From NCBI GenBank assembly GCA_951812955.1, contig OX638340.1, forward strand, positions 2,016,001 to 2,080,000: a DNA stretch of 64,000 nucleotides. The letters are read 5' to 3'. Below the pieces are notes generated by a model, which was not told the DNA's origin, made no database searches, and saw nothing but the letters and a program-made list of their open reading frames with translations. The DNA comes from an uncultured Gemmatimonadota bacterium. Lineage in GTDB: Bacteria; JAAXHH01. Below, in pieces: positions 30,431 to 38,673 of this stretch. Each line of letters opens with the position of its first letter. Position 1 is the stretch's first letter. The position numbers were made by a program, and so were the translations under genes.

Positions 30431-31359
30431 TTGCTCCCGCGTGTGTAGCGGACCCTGGGATCCACGAGGGCATAGAGGATGTCCGTAATCAGATAGACGA
30501 TACCGATCAGCACCGCGACGAGCAGCGTCAGCGCCATGATCATGGGATAGTCCCGTTCGAAGATGCTGGTGACGAAGAACTGTCCGAGGCCCGGTATGCG
30601 GAAAATGCCTTCGACGAACAGCGACCCGGTCATTACGCCGGGCAGCATCGGACCCATGATGGTCAGCAGCGGGATCAGGGAGTTTTTCAGCACGTGTATA
30701 AACAGGACGCTACGCTCTTTAAGGCCCTTGGCGCGCGCCGTGCGCACGTAATCCATCCGCAGGTTCTCGAGCACGCTCGAACGGGTATAACGGGCGATGA
30801 TGGCCATGGGACCCAGGGCATAGACGATTACAGGCATGATCCAGGTCTCGGGTCCGCCCCATCCGCCCGTGGGCAGGATCCTCCAGATGGTCGCGAAGAT
30901 GACGATGAACAATATGGAAATGGCGAAACTGGGCACAGTGATCCCAAGCGTCGCGAGCATAGTGGTCCCATAGTCCATCCAGGTGTTCTGTCGTATCGCG
31001 GAAAGGATGCCCAGGAGGATGCCGAAGGAGAAGGCCACGGCGAGGCCCATGCCGCCCAGTTGCATGCTGATGGGCCAGGTCCGCGCGATCAGGTCCGTCA
31101 CCGTCTCGCCCGGACTTTGAAAGGGGATGCCGAAATCGAATTGCAGCGCGTTCCACATGTACCGCCCGTACTGCTCGTACAGGGGCCGGTCCAGGCCGTA
31201 CTTGCGCAGTATATTCGCCTTGGCCTCGGCCGACAGAGGCATCTTCTCCTCGTCGAACGGGCCGCCCGGAACCGCATGCATCAGACTGAAGGTGATGATC
31301 GTGACCAGAAACAGCACGCCGATCAAGCCCGCGATGCGGTATATGATGTATCGTATCAT
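30427..31359 (-). CDS. ABC transporter permease, DppB/OppB-like
   Basis: N-terminus [36 protein letters not shown] is typical of DppB. 310 aa. Confidence 0.8.
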   Translation of the reverse strand: MIRYIIYRIAGLIGVLFLVTIITFSLMHAVPGGPFDEEKMPLSAEAKANILRKYGLDRPLYEQYGRYMWNALQFDFGIPFQSPGETVTDLIARTWPISMQLGGMGLAVAFSFGILLGILSAIRQNTWMDYGTTMLATLGITVPSFAISILFIVIFATIWRILPTGGWGGPETWIMPVIVYALGPMAIIARYTRSSVLENLRMDYVRTARAKGLKERSVLFIHVLKNSLIPLLTIMGPMLPGVMTGSLFVEGIFRIPGLGQFFVTSIFERDYPMIMALTLLVAVLIGIVYLITDILYALVDPRVRYTRGSK

Positions 31360-31676
31360 AGGATCAGGTTTTCTAATGCGCCGCGGCGGTGATAGCGGGG
31401 CGACTCCGCCGGTTCGTGAAACGGGCGGGGTTACCGGCGGTCCAGCTTCAATAGTGCAAGCGGACGCGACGGGGTGTCAAGGGTTATTTGCCGGGTCCGG
31501 ACCGCGCCCCGACGCCGATCCGGCCAGGGAATCCACATGCCCTGGCGAGGTGCCAAAGGGTCCGGGTTCCACCCACGATTCCGCGGTCATCTACCCTTGA
31601 CACCCTCCGGGGCGTTTCACACATTAACCGACGAAATTCCACTTTACGGAATGGCGTGTACAAGGAGGACGCGAGC

Positions 31677-32792
31677 GTGCGGATTGTAGAAGTTTCCGCG
31701 CTGGTTCTGCGGCTGCCGGTAGTGACGGAGTCCTGTGACGGAACGCAGGATACCTGCCTGGTCAAAATCGAAACGGACGCGGGCATTACGGGTTGGGGAG
31801 AAGTCGATTCGTGTCCCACCGTGGTTAAGGCCATCATCGACGCGCCGCTGTCGCACCAGATCTGCAATGGCCTGGCCAACGCGCTGGCCGGTGCGGATCC
31901 CCTGGACATCGACGCGTGCACGTCACGGATGATGGAATCGGCCAATTACTACGGCCGGGTCGGTGTGGGCCGGCACGCCATGGCGGGGGTAAACCTGGCA
32001 CTCTGGGACATCGCGGGCAAGGCCGGCGGACGGCCCGTCTACCAACTCCTGGGTGGCGCGCACAGGCTGAAGTTCCGGGCCTATGCTTCCGTCCTGTTTG
32101 GAGACACGCCTGCCACGACCCGGACAATCGGGCAGAAGTACGCCGACCAGGGATTCACGGCAGTCAAGTTCGGCTGGGGACCCATGGGCCAGGACGAAAC
32201 GCAGGACGTCGCACTGGTGCGGGAGGCGCGCCGGGGCACGGGTGACGAGGTGGACGTACTCATCGACGCGGGGCAGGTCTGGGATTCGGAAACCGCGCTG
32301 ATCCGGTCCCGCCAGTTTGCCGAATACCGACCCTTCTGGATCGAAGAGCCGCTGCACCCCGACGACATCGATGGGTATGCCTCACTGACCGCGGAGAGTC
32401 CGGTTCCCATCGCCACAGGAGAAGCGGAATCCCGTCTCGAGGACTTTGAACGCCTGGTCACCAGGGGCGGGCTCGACTGGATTCAACCGGATCCGGGCCG
32501 CTGCGGCATTACGACCATGGCCGCGGCCGGCCGGACCGCCCACCGGCACGGCCGCAAGGTCGTTAATCACAGTTACAAGAGCGGCATTACCATGGCGGCG
32601 TCGCTCCATGCCCTGGCCTCCCTGCCCAACGCGTCCGTCTTCGAATTCTGCATGTCGGATTCGCCGCTGAGACATGAACTGACGCATGAACGTTTTACAA
32701 TTGATGAAGACGGTTTCGTGGCGGTGCCGGAAGGACCCGGACTCGGCGTCACGGTGAACGAGGAAACCGTAAACCAGTACCGCGTAGCGTAG
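31677..32792 (+). CDS. Enolase-superfamily enzyme (mandelate racemase/muconate lactonizing family; sugar-acid dehydratase-like)
   Basis: GTG start 8 nt downstream of RBS AAGGAGGA. N-terminal capping domain (VKIETDAGITGWGEV) and barrel-domain metal ligands (DAGQVWD, FWIEEP, DWIQPD). Confidence 0.75.
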   Translation: MRIVEVSALVLRLPVVTESCDGTQDTCLVKIETDAGITGWGEVDSCPTVVKAIIDAPLSHQICNGLANALAGADPLDIDACTSRMMESANYYGRVGVGRHAMAGVNLALWDIAGKAGGRPVYQLLGGAHRLKFRAYASVLFGDTPATTRTIGQKYADQGFTAVKFGWGPMGQDETQDVALVREARRGTGDEVDVLIDAGQVWDSETALIRSRQFAEYRPFWIEEPLHPDDIDGYASLTAESPVPIATGEAESRLEDFERLVTRGGLDWIQPDPGRCGITTMAAAGRTAHRHGRKVVNHSYKSGITMAASLHALASLPNASVFEFCMSDSPLRHELTHERFTIDEDGFVAVPEGPGLGVTVNEETVNQYRVA

Positions 32793-32816
32793 TCTTATCT
32801 CAAAGGAGTTGCAACG

Positions 32817-33218
32817 ATGGCCGCCCCCTCACCAGTCATGCATGCCGCACTCAACCGGATAAATATCGACGAGATCAAGGAACAGATAGGACCGCCGCCT
32901 GCATCCTGCGCGGTCGTTGCAGCAGACCACGTGACGGCGGCGTTCATCTGGCAGGAATCGGGCACGATCAACGACAACCACTGCCACGATTACGACGAAT
33001 GGTGGCTCGTACTGGAAGGCGAGATCGACTGGGTGATCGAAGGCCGGAATGAACCGGTCCACGCAAAAGCGGGAGATTTCATCTACGTGCCCGCCCTGAC
33101 CTTCCATCACATATTCCCGGTGGGCGGCAAGCCTTCGATCCGACTGGGGGTCGCCCTGACGGGACACGGCCACCTCCACGAGCGGCCGGAGCGCAAGGTA
33201 AAGGTCACGTTGGAGTAG
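32817..33218 (+). CDS. Cupin domain protein
   Basis: 133 aa; His-rich cupin motifs (NDNHCHDYDEWWLVLEGE ... GDFIYVPALTFHH). Confidence 0.6.
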   Translation: MAAPSPVMHAALNRINIDEIKEQIGPPPASCAVVAADHVTAAFIWQESGTINDNHCHDYDEWWLVLEGEIDWVIEGRNEPVHAKAGDFIYVPALTFHHIFPVGGKPSIRLGVALTGHGHLHERPERKVKVTLE

Positions 33219-33253
33219 TATCACAACGGGTAGCGCCACAACGGAGTGAATGC

Positions 33254-33913
33254 ATGTCTACGAGAAATGAAAACCTCGCATCCATGAAGGAAGGCGGTGT
33301 GGTCGCGGTGCTCAGGGCAAGCAGTCCCGACGCGCTGGTCCACGTCGCCCAGGCTATCGGGAGGGGCGGGGTCGGGGCCGTCGAGATCACCATGACGACG
33401 CCCGGCGCCCTGGGCGTCATCGAAGAATGTGCGAGCAGGCTCGGGGGCGAACTGCTCCTTGGCGCAGGTTCCGTGCTGGACCCGGAGACGGCCCGCGCCG
33501 CCATACTGGCCGGCGCCGAATACATCGTGACACCAACGTTGAACCCGGACGTCATCACCCTCTGCCGCCGGTACGACAAGGTCGTCATCCCGGGCGCGTT
33601 GACGCCGACGGAAATACTGACGGCCTGGGAATGCGGCGCGGACATCGTGAAGGTGTTTCCTGCCACCGTGGTCGGACCTCGGTATTTCAGGGACGTGAAA
33701 GCGCCGCTTCCGCAGGTCGATCTCATGCCGACGGGTGGGGTAAACCTGGATAACGCCGGAGATTTCATCCGGGCCGGGGCCTGCGCCGTCGCCGTGGGCA
33801 GCAACCTGGTCGATAAGGCCGCCGTGGCCGCGGGCGAATGGCATGTGCTCACAGATACGGCCCGGGATTATGTGGATGCGGTCAGAAACGCCCGTCAGGA
33901 TGGTGGTGGATGA
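33254..33913 (+). CDS. eda: 2-dehydro-3-deoxy-phosphogluconate (KDPG/KHG) aldolase
   Basis: Full-length similarity to Eda, including the Schiff-base lysine context (VKVFPA) and PTGGV near the C-terminus. Confidence 0.8.
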   Translation: MSTRNENLASMKEGGVVAVLRASSPDALVHVAQAIGRGGVGAVEITMTTPGALGVIEECASRLGGELLLGAGSVLDPETARAAILAGAEYIVTPTLNPDVITLCRRYDKVVIPGALTPTEILTAWECGADIVKVFPATVVGPRYFRDVKAPLPQVDLMPTGGVNLDNAGDFIRAGACAVAVGSNLVDKAAVAAGEWHVLTDTARDYVDAVRNARQDGGG

Positions 33914-34743
33914 TTCGGAAGGCCGTGGTTCCCGTTGCGGGCCTGGGCACGCGGATGCTGCCCCTCACACGGTCAGTTCCCAAGGAAATGCTGCCCCTGG
34001 GCCGAAAACCGGCGATACACCGCGTGGTCGATGAACTGGCGGCGGCGGGAATCGAACATATCCTGTTCGTGACGTCCAGCCGAAAAACGGCGATCGAAGA
34101 GTACTTCGTGTCCGGCGGTCGGGAGGGTGGCCCGCCCCCGCTCGACTACGCTTTCGCCCGTCAGGATGTCCCGGCCGGAAACGGCGACGCCGTGCGGCTG
34201 GGCAAGGCCTTTGCGGGATCTGAACCCTTCGTCGTGGCCTGGGGCGACGCCGTGATCCGGTCGGCGACGGAAGGCAGCGTCGTGCGGCGCATGATGGAAA
34301 CCCACGCGAGAGCGCACGCCGCGTGCACCATTGCGGTGGAGTATGTACCCGAGGACAAGGTGTCGCGATACGGCATCGTAAAGCCCAGGTACGAATCCGA
34401 CACGGCCTTCCCCATCGACGATATCGTGGAGAAACCGGCGGCGGAAACCGCGCCCAGCCGCTACGCTGTTTCAGCCCGGTACATATGTGGCGCCGGGATC
34501 TTTACCGCGCTGGAGGAGACTCCCAGGGGAAGGAAAGGCGAGTTGTGGCTCGCCGACGCCATCCGCAGCTTGCTCCGTGAGGGCGGTCCGGTCTGGTGTG
34601 TGCCCCTGGACACTGACAGCAGGCGCTACGACATTGGCACACCCCTGACCTACTGGGAAGCCTTTGCCGATTACGCCCTGGAGGACGAGGCGGACGGAAC
34701 CTCCTTTCGTGAACTCCTGCAAGGGCGGTTGAACGATTCATAA
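33910..34743 (+). CDS. UTP-glucose-1-phosphate uridylyltransferase family (GalU-like sugar-1-phosphate nucleotidyltransferase)
   Basis: N-terminal AVVPVAGLGTRMLPLTRSVPKEMLPL matches the GalU G-x-G-T-R-x-LP-x-T-K-x-x-PKEMLP signature. Start overlaps the eda stop (ATGA). Confidence 0.75.
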   Translation: MIRKAVVPVAGLGTRMLPLTRSVPKEMLPLGRKPAIHRVVDELAAAGIEHILFVTSSRKTAIEEYFVSGGREGGPPPLDYAFARQDVPAGNGDAVRLGKAFAGSEPFVVAWGDAVIRSATEGSVVRRMMETHARAHAACTIAVEYVPEDKVSRYGIVKPRYESDTAFPIDDIVEKPAAETAPSRYAVSARYICGAGIFTALEETPRGRKGELWLADAIRSLLREGGPVWCVPLDTDSRRYDIGTPLTYWEAFADYALEDEADGTSFRELLQGRLNDS

Positions 34744-34852
34744 CGAGCGAGTGGCAACGCGCATGGAGCATGCGTATCGGGGCACACACCTGCTTGACAA
34801 CACGCATCGGGCGTGCGTTCAGCGTGAATAGCGCGCACGCATTGGAGTCCAA

Positions 34853-35836
34853 TTGAACGGTACCGTAACCGCTTCCGCGCCCGGCCGGGTCGGCATCGTG
34901 GGCAATCCGACCGACATGTACGGCGGCAGCGTGATCTCGTGCTCGACGAAGGAAAGGGCGCGGGTCGATATACAGCCGGCGGACCGCCTGATTCTGGATG
35001 CCGGCGCCGAACAGCGGGTCATCTCGACGCCGGACGACCTGGTCACAAGGGAAGACATCTTCGATATCGCCCGGGTCGCGCTTTCCGGATCCGAATCGAC
35101 GGACCTGCGCGTCAGGATCTCCTGGACGACCGATATTCCTTTCCGTGCCGGACTGTCGGGGTCTACCGCGCTGCTCGTATCCATGGTAGCCGGCCTGCTC
35201 GCCTTCCGCGGCACCCGCCTCAGTCCCTATCACCAGGCGGAACTCGTCCGCAGAATCGAGTACCGGAACCTGACATTCTGCGGGTACCAGGATGCCTACA
35301 TGTGTACCTTCGGCGGGCTGCATTACATGGACTTCAGGGGGAAGGAATTCCACCTGGAATACGGGACCGATCCTTTCGCCACCATGGAACTGATCGAAAT
35401 GTCCGCAGCCCTGCCGGCCGTCGTGATCATCACAGGAGGGCAGCGCGTCTCCGGAGGCGTGCATACGCCCTTGCGGGAACGCTGGCTCGCCGGGGAGACA
35501 GAAGTGGTCGAGGCATACGAGGCCATCGCCGGCCTGGCCCGGGAAGGCAAGAAAGCAGTACTTGAAGACCGGCTCGACAAGCTGGGAAAGCTGATGAACG
35601 AGAACCAGACACTGACGCAGTCGCTCGGCGGATCCAATCTGGAGGACGACAGGTTCATCGAACTGGCCCGGCAGGCAGGCGCGTCCGGCGCCAAGCTCGC
35701 GGGCAGCAGCGGCGCTATCGTCGTGCTTCACGAGTCACCCGGAGATCTAGTAAAAGTAATGATGGACGCCGGTGCAGTGGGCATGCTGGAACCCGCACCG
35801 GGACCGGGGCTCCGTATCGAGCAGGAAGAATCATGA
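34853..35836 (+). CDS. GHMP kinase resembling plant glucuronokinase (sugar-1-kinase)
   Basis: The motifs RVGIVGNPTDMYGGSVIS, IPFRAGLSGSTALLVSMVAGLL, YQDAYMCTFGGLHYMDF, RERWLAGE and AKLAGSSGAIVVL match glucuronokinase from memory. TTG start with GGAG 8 nt upstream. Confidence 0.6.
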   Translation: MNGTVTASAPGRVGIVGNPTDMYGGSVISCSTKERARVDIQPADRLILDAGAEQRVISTPDDLVTREDIFDIARVALSGSESTDLRVRISWTTDIPFRAGLSGSTALLVSMVAGLLAFRGTRLSPYHQAELVRRIEYRNLTFCGYQDAYMCTFGGLHYMDFRGKEFHLEYGTDPFATMELIEMSAALPAVVIITGGQRVSGGVHTPLRERWLAGETEVVEAYEAIAGLAREGKKAVLEDRLDKLGKLMNENQTLTQSLGGSNLEDDRFIELARQAGASGAKLAGSSGAIVVLHESPGDLVKVMMDAGAVGMLEPAPGPGLRIEQEES

Positions 35837-35899
35837 GCGGGAAGAGCCATGAGCAGGAATGAATTATAGAAGAACTATATTGGTTGTAAGGGAGACGCC

Positions 35900-37192
35900 G
35901 TGAACATCACGCTCGACTACGACAGGTCCGGACTCGAAGTGCGTGTCCCGGACGAGAACCTCGTCGCGGTCCTGAACATGCGGGAGACGCCGCCGCTGGA
36001 TGACCCCGTTGCCGCGACTGGAGATGCGCTTTGCCAGCCCGTGGCCAGCCCACCGCTCGAGGAGATCGTCCGGGGCCGCCGGAACGCCTGCGTGGTTGTC
36101 TCCGACATCACGCGTCCCGTGCCCCACGACATTATCCTGCCGCCGCTGCTGGAGTGCCTGGAACGGTGCGAACTGCCGCCGGAGAATATCACCATCCTGG
36201 TCGCCACCGGGCTGCACGCTCCGATGGACGACGCGCAGCTTCGCGAGACCCTGACCGACGACGTGGTCGAGCGCTATCCCATCGTCAACCACATCGCACG
36301 CAACGGAAATGAACAGGCCGATCTGGGGACCACGAGCACCGGTATCCCCATCCACGTGGACCGCAGATATGTCGAAAGCGACCTCAAGGTGCTGACCGGG
36401 TTGATCGAGCCGCACTTCATGGCCGGGTATTCGGGTGGACGCAAGCTCGTCGCGCCCGGACTCGTGGGCGTCGAAACGATCGAGCACCTCCACGGACCTG
36501 GGATACTGGAACACCCCCGCGCCACGACGGGCGTCCTCGACGGCAACCCGCTTCACGAAGCCTCGCTTGAAATCGCCCGTAAGGCCTGGGTCGATTTCAT
36601 TCTCAACGTCGCCATGGACGAGGACCGCCGTGTCACCGGGGTGTTTGCCGGCGAACTCGACCGTGCGCACCGGTTCGGGGTCGACCACGTGAACGGCATG
36701 GTGGTGGCCACCGTCGAGGAACCGGTGGACATCGTCGTGACCTCAGCTGCAGGCTATCCCCTGGACACGACCTTCTACCAGGCCGTGAAGGGCATGGTCG
36801 GCGTGCTGGACATCCTGAAGGAGGGCGGATCCATCGTCATCGCCGCCGGATGCGCCGACGGGATCGGCAGCGCGGAGTTCGAAGGGTTGCTTCGGAAGAC
36901 GACGGACATCCACGCATTTGTCGAATGGATCCAGCAACCGGGCGTATTCACCATCGACCAGTGGGAGATCGAGGAACTGGTCAAGGCGTTGAAGAAGGGC
37001 CGGGTATATCTTTACACGGATGGATTGAGTGACGAGGACGTGCGCGCATGCCTGGTCGAGCCGGTTCCTTCCGTCGAGGCGGGCATCGCACGCGCCGTGG
37101 ATCGCCACGGCCCCAGCGCAACCATCGCCGTAGTCCCGAGAGGTCCCTACGTCATTCCCCGGGTTGTTCCCGGGCAGGACGCCGCCGGTTAG
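35900..37192 (+). CDS. LarA-family (nickel-pincer-nucleotide-dependent) 2-hydroxyacid racemase/epimerase homolog
   Basis: SDITRP, ATGLHA (His corresponding to LarA H108) and EPHFMAGYSGGRK (His/Lys corresponding to H174/K184) are conserved. About 430 aa, similar to LarA. GTG start with RBS AAGGGAGA. Confidence 0.7.
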   Translation: MNITLDYDRSGLEVRVPDENLVAVLNMRETPPLDDPVAATGDALCQPVASPPLEEIVRGRRNACVVVSDITRPVPHDIILPPLLECLERCELPPENITILVATGLHAPMDDAQLRETLTDDVVERYPIVNHIARNGNEQADLGTTSTGIPIHVDRRYVESDLKVLTGLIEPHFMAGYSGGRKLVAPGLVGVETIEHLHGPGILEHPRATTGVLDGNPLHEASLEIARKAWVDFILNVAMDEDRRVTGVFAGELDRAHRFGVDHVNGMVVATVEEPVDIVVTSAAGYPLDTTFYQAVKGMVGVLDILKEGGSIVIAAGCADGIGSAEFEGLLRKTTDIHAFVEWIQQPGVFTIDQWEIEELVKALKKGRVYLYTDGLSDEDVRACLVEPVPSVEAGIARAVDRHGPSATIAVVPRGPYVIPRVVPGQDAAG

Positions 37193-37217
37193 CGCATGGC
37201 TTAACAACGAGCTTTCC

Positions 37218-37745
37218 ATGACCTCCAACAAGTACGTCCACCATACGCCCTGCATACACCCATCCGCCTTCGTTGCGGAAAGCGCCGATCTGATCGGTGC
37301 GGTCCACATCGGCAAGGACGCAAGCGTCTGGTACCAGGTGGTGATCCGGGCGGATGACGAACCCGTGACCATCGGCGGCGGGACCAACGTACAGGACGGT
37401 AGCGTTCTCCACATCGACACGGGCATGCCCACCGTACTTGGAGAGGGCGTAACCGTGGGGCACCGGGCGATTGTCCACGGCGCGGTAGTGGAAGATCACG
37501 TATTGGTCTCCATGGGCGCCGTGATCCTCAGTGGCGCGCACATCGGCCAGAACAGCATCATCGGCGCCGGCGCACTGGTGCTCGAAAACATGGAAGTGCC
37601 TCCGGGATCCCTTGTCGTGGGCGTTCCCGGACGCGTGGTTCGGTCCGTAACGGACGAGCAGATCGAACGCATTCACCGCACCGCGGAGGGGTATGTAACA
37701 CGTCGTGGAATCTACCTCGAACGGCGCGCTCACGGTACCTCTTGA
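37218..37745 (+). CDS. Gamma-carbonic-anhydrase-like / hexapeptide-repeat (LbH) protein
   Basis: Left-handed beta-helix hexapeptide repeats with His ligands (VHIGKDASVWYQVVIRAD...VLHID...). 176 aa from the ATG at 37218. Confidence 0.7.
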   Translation: MTSNKYVHHTPCIHPSAFVAESADLIGAVHIGKDASVWYQVVIRADDEPVTIGGGTNVQDGSVLHIDTGMPTVLGEGVTVGHRAIVHGAVVEDHVLVSMGAVILSGAHIGQNSIIGAGALVLENMEVPPGSLVVGVPGRVVRSVTDEQIERIHRTAEGYVTRRGIYLERRAHGTS

Positions 37746-37849
37746 CCTCGTAATTTTGGGCGCTCCGGCTACCGTGCTTGGCTTCAAAATTCGCTTGACT
37801 TTCGCGGTCTCGACCTGTAGTTTCCGGTGCTCTGTTATGCAGGTCATGA

Positions 37850-37923
37850 GCGCCTGTAGCTCAATTGGATAGAGCACCTGACTACGGATCAGGAGGTTGG
37901 GGGTTCGACTCCCTCCGGGCGTA
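37850..37923 (+). tRNA. tRNA-Arg (anticodon ACG)
   Basis: Hand-folded cloverleaf: anticodon stem CCTGA/TCAGG, loop CTACGGA, T-arm GGGGG TTCGACT CCCTC, acceptor GCGCCTG/CGGGCGT. Confidence 0.8.
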
Positions 37924-37944
37924 TATTACGCGGGACGCGGCGCC

Positions 37945-38438
37945 ATGAGAAGCAACGGCGGAGAACACGAGGGATGGCTTCGGCTGGCCCTTGAAGAAGC
38001 CAGGTCGGCCGGCGCTGCCGGCGATGTGCCTGTCGGAGCCGTGATCGTACACGACGGCGTTGTGATCGGACGGGGTCAGAATCGCGTGGAACGTCTGCGT
38101 GATCCCACCGCCCATGCCGAAATGCTCGCGATCCGCGACGCCAGCGCCGCACTGGGTTACGAGCGGCTTGCCGGTGCCGCACTCTACGTTACGCTTGAAC
38201 CCTGCGCCATGTGCGCGGGCGCGATCGTGCTGGCCCGCTTGCAGCGCCTTGTGTACGGTGCCGCCGATCCCAAGACCGGAGCATGTGGTTCACTGCGCGA
38301 TATCGTGCGGGACACCCGGTTGAATCACCAGGTGGAAGTTGCGGGAGGTGTTCTGGCAGAGACCTGTTCAGGCCTGCTGAAGGACTTCTTCAGATCGAAA
38401 CGCAGAACGGGAGATACGGCTGTCGAACCGAGGTTGCC

Positions 38439-38460
<22 letters not shown>
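37945..38460 (+). CDS. tadA: tRNA-specific adenosine(34) deaminase
   Basis: Zinc-binding deaminase motifs HAEMLAIR and PCAMCAGAI. Start 22 nt after the tRNA-Arg(ACG) gene. The 3' end overlaps the following tRNA-Ser by about 22 nt. Confidence 0.85.
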
Positions 38461-38528
<68 letters not shown>

Positions 38529-38673
38529 CTTTCCATCTAAGCCACTCATTTAATTTGACTTATACTTTTGATACATGACAATTGCTCCGGATTCATTTCC
38601 GCAATTGTTCAGCATTTCGAATCCTAACCCTGCTTCATTCTCATCCATCCGCGTCATACCACACACACGTATC

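Noticed and set aside
37164-37217. Longer TTG-initiated N-terminal extension of the gamma-CA-like gene (37164)
   Set aside because: The ATG at 37218 gives a typical N-terminus for hexapeptide-repeat proteins, and the extension would overlap the LarA-like gene's 3' end.
37780-37850. Promoter upstream of tRNA-Arg/tadA (TTGACT...TAGTTT or TCGACC...TGTTAT)
   Set aside because: Only weak matches to -10 consensus with ambiguous spacing. Not confident enough to annotate.
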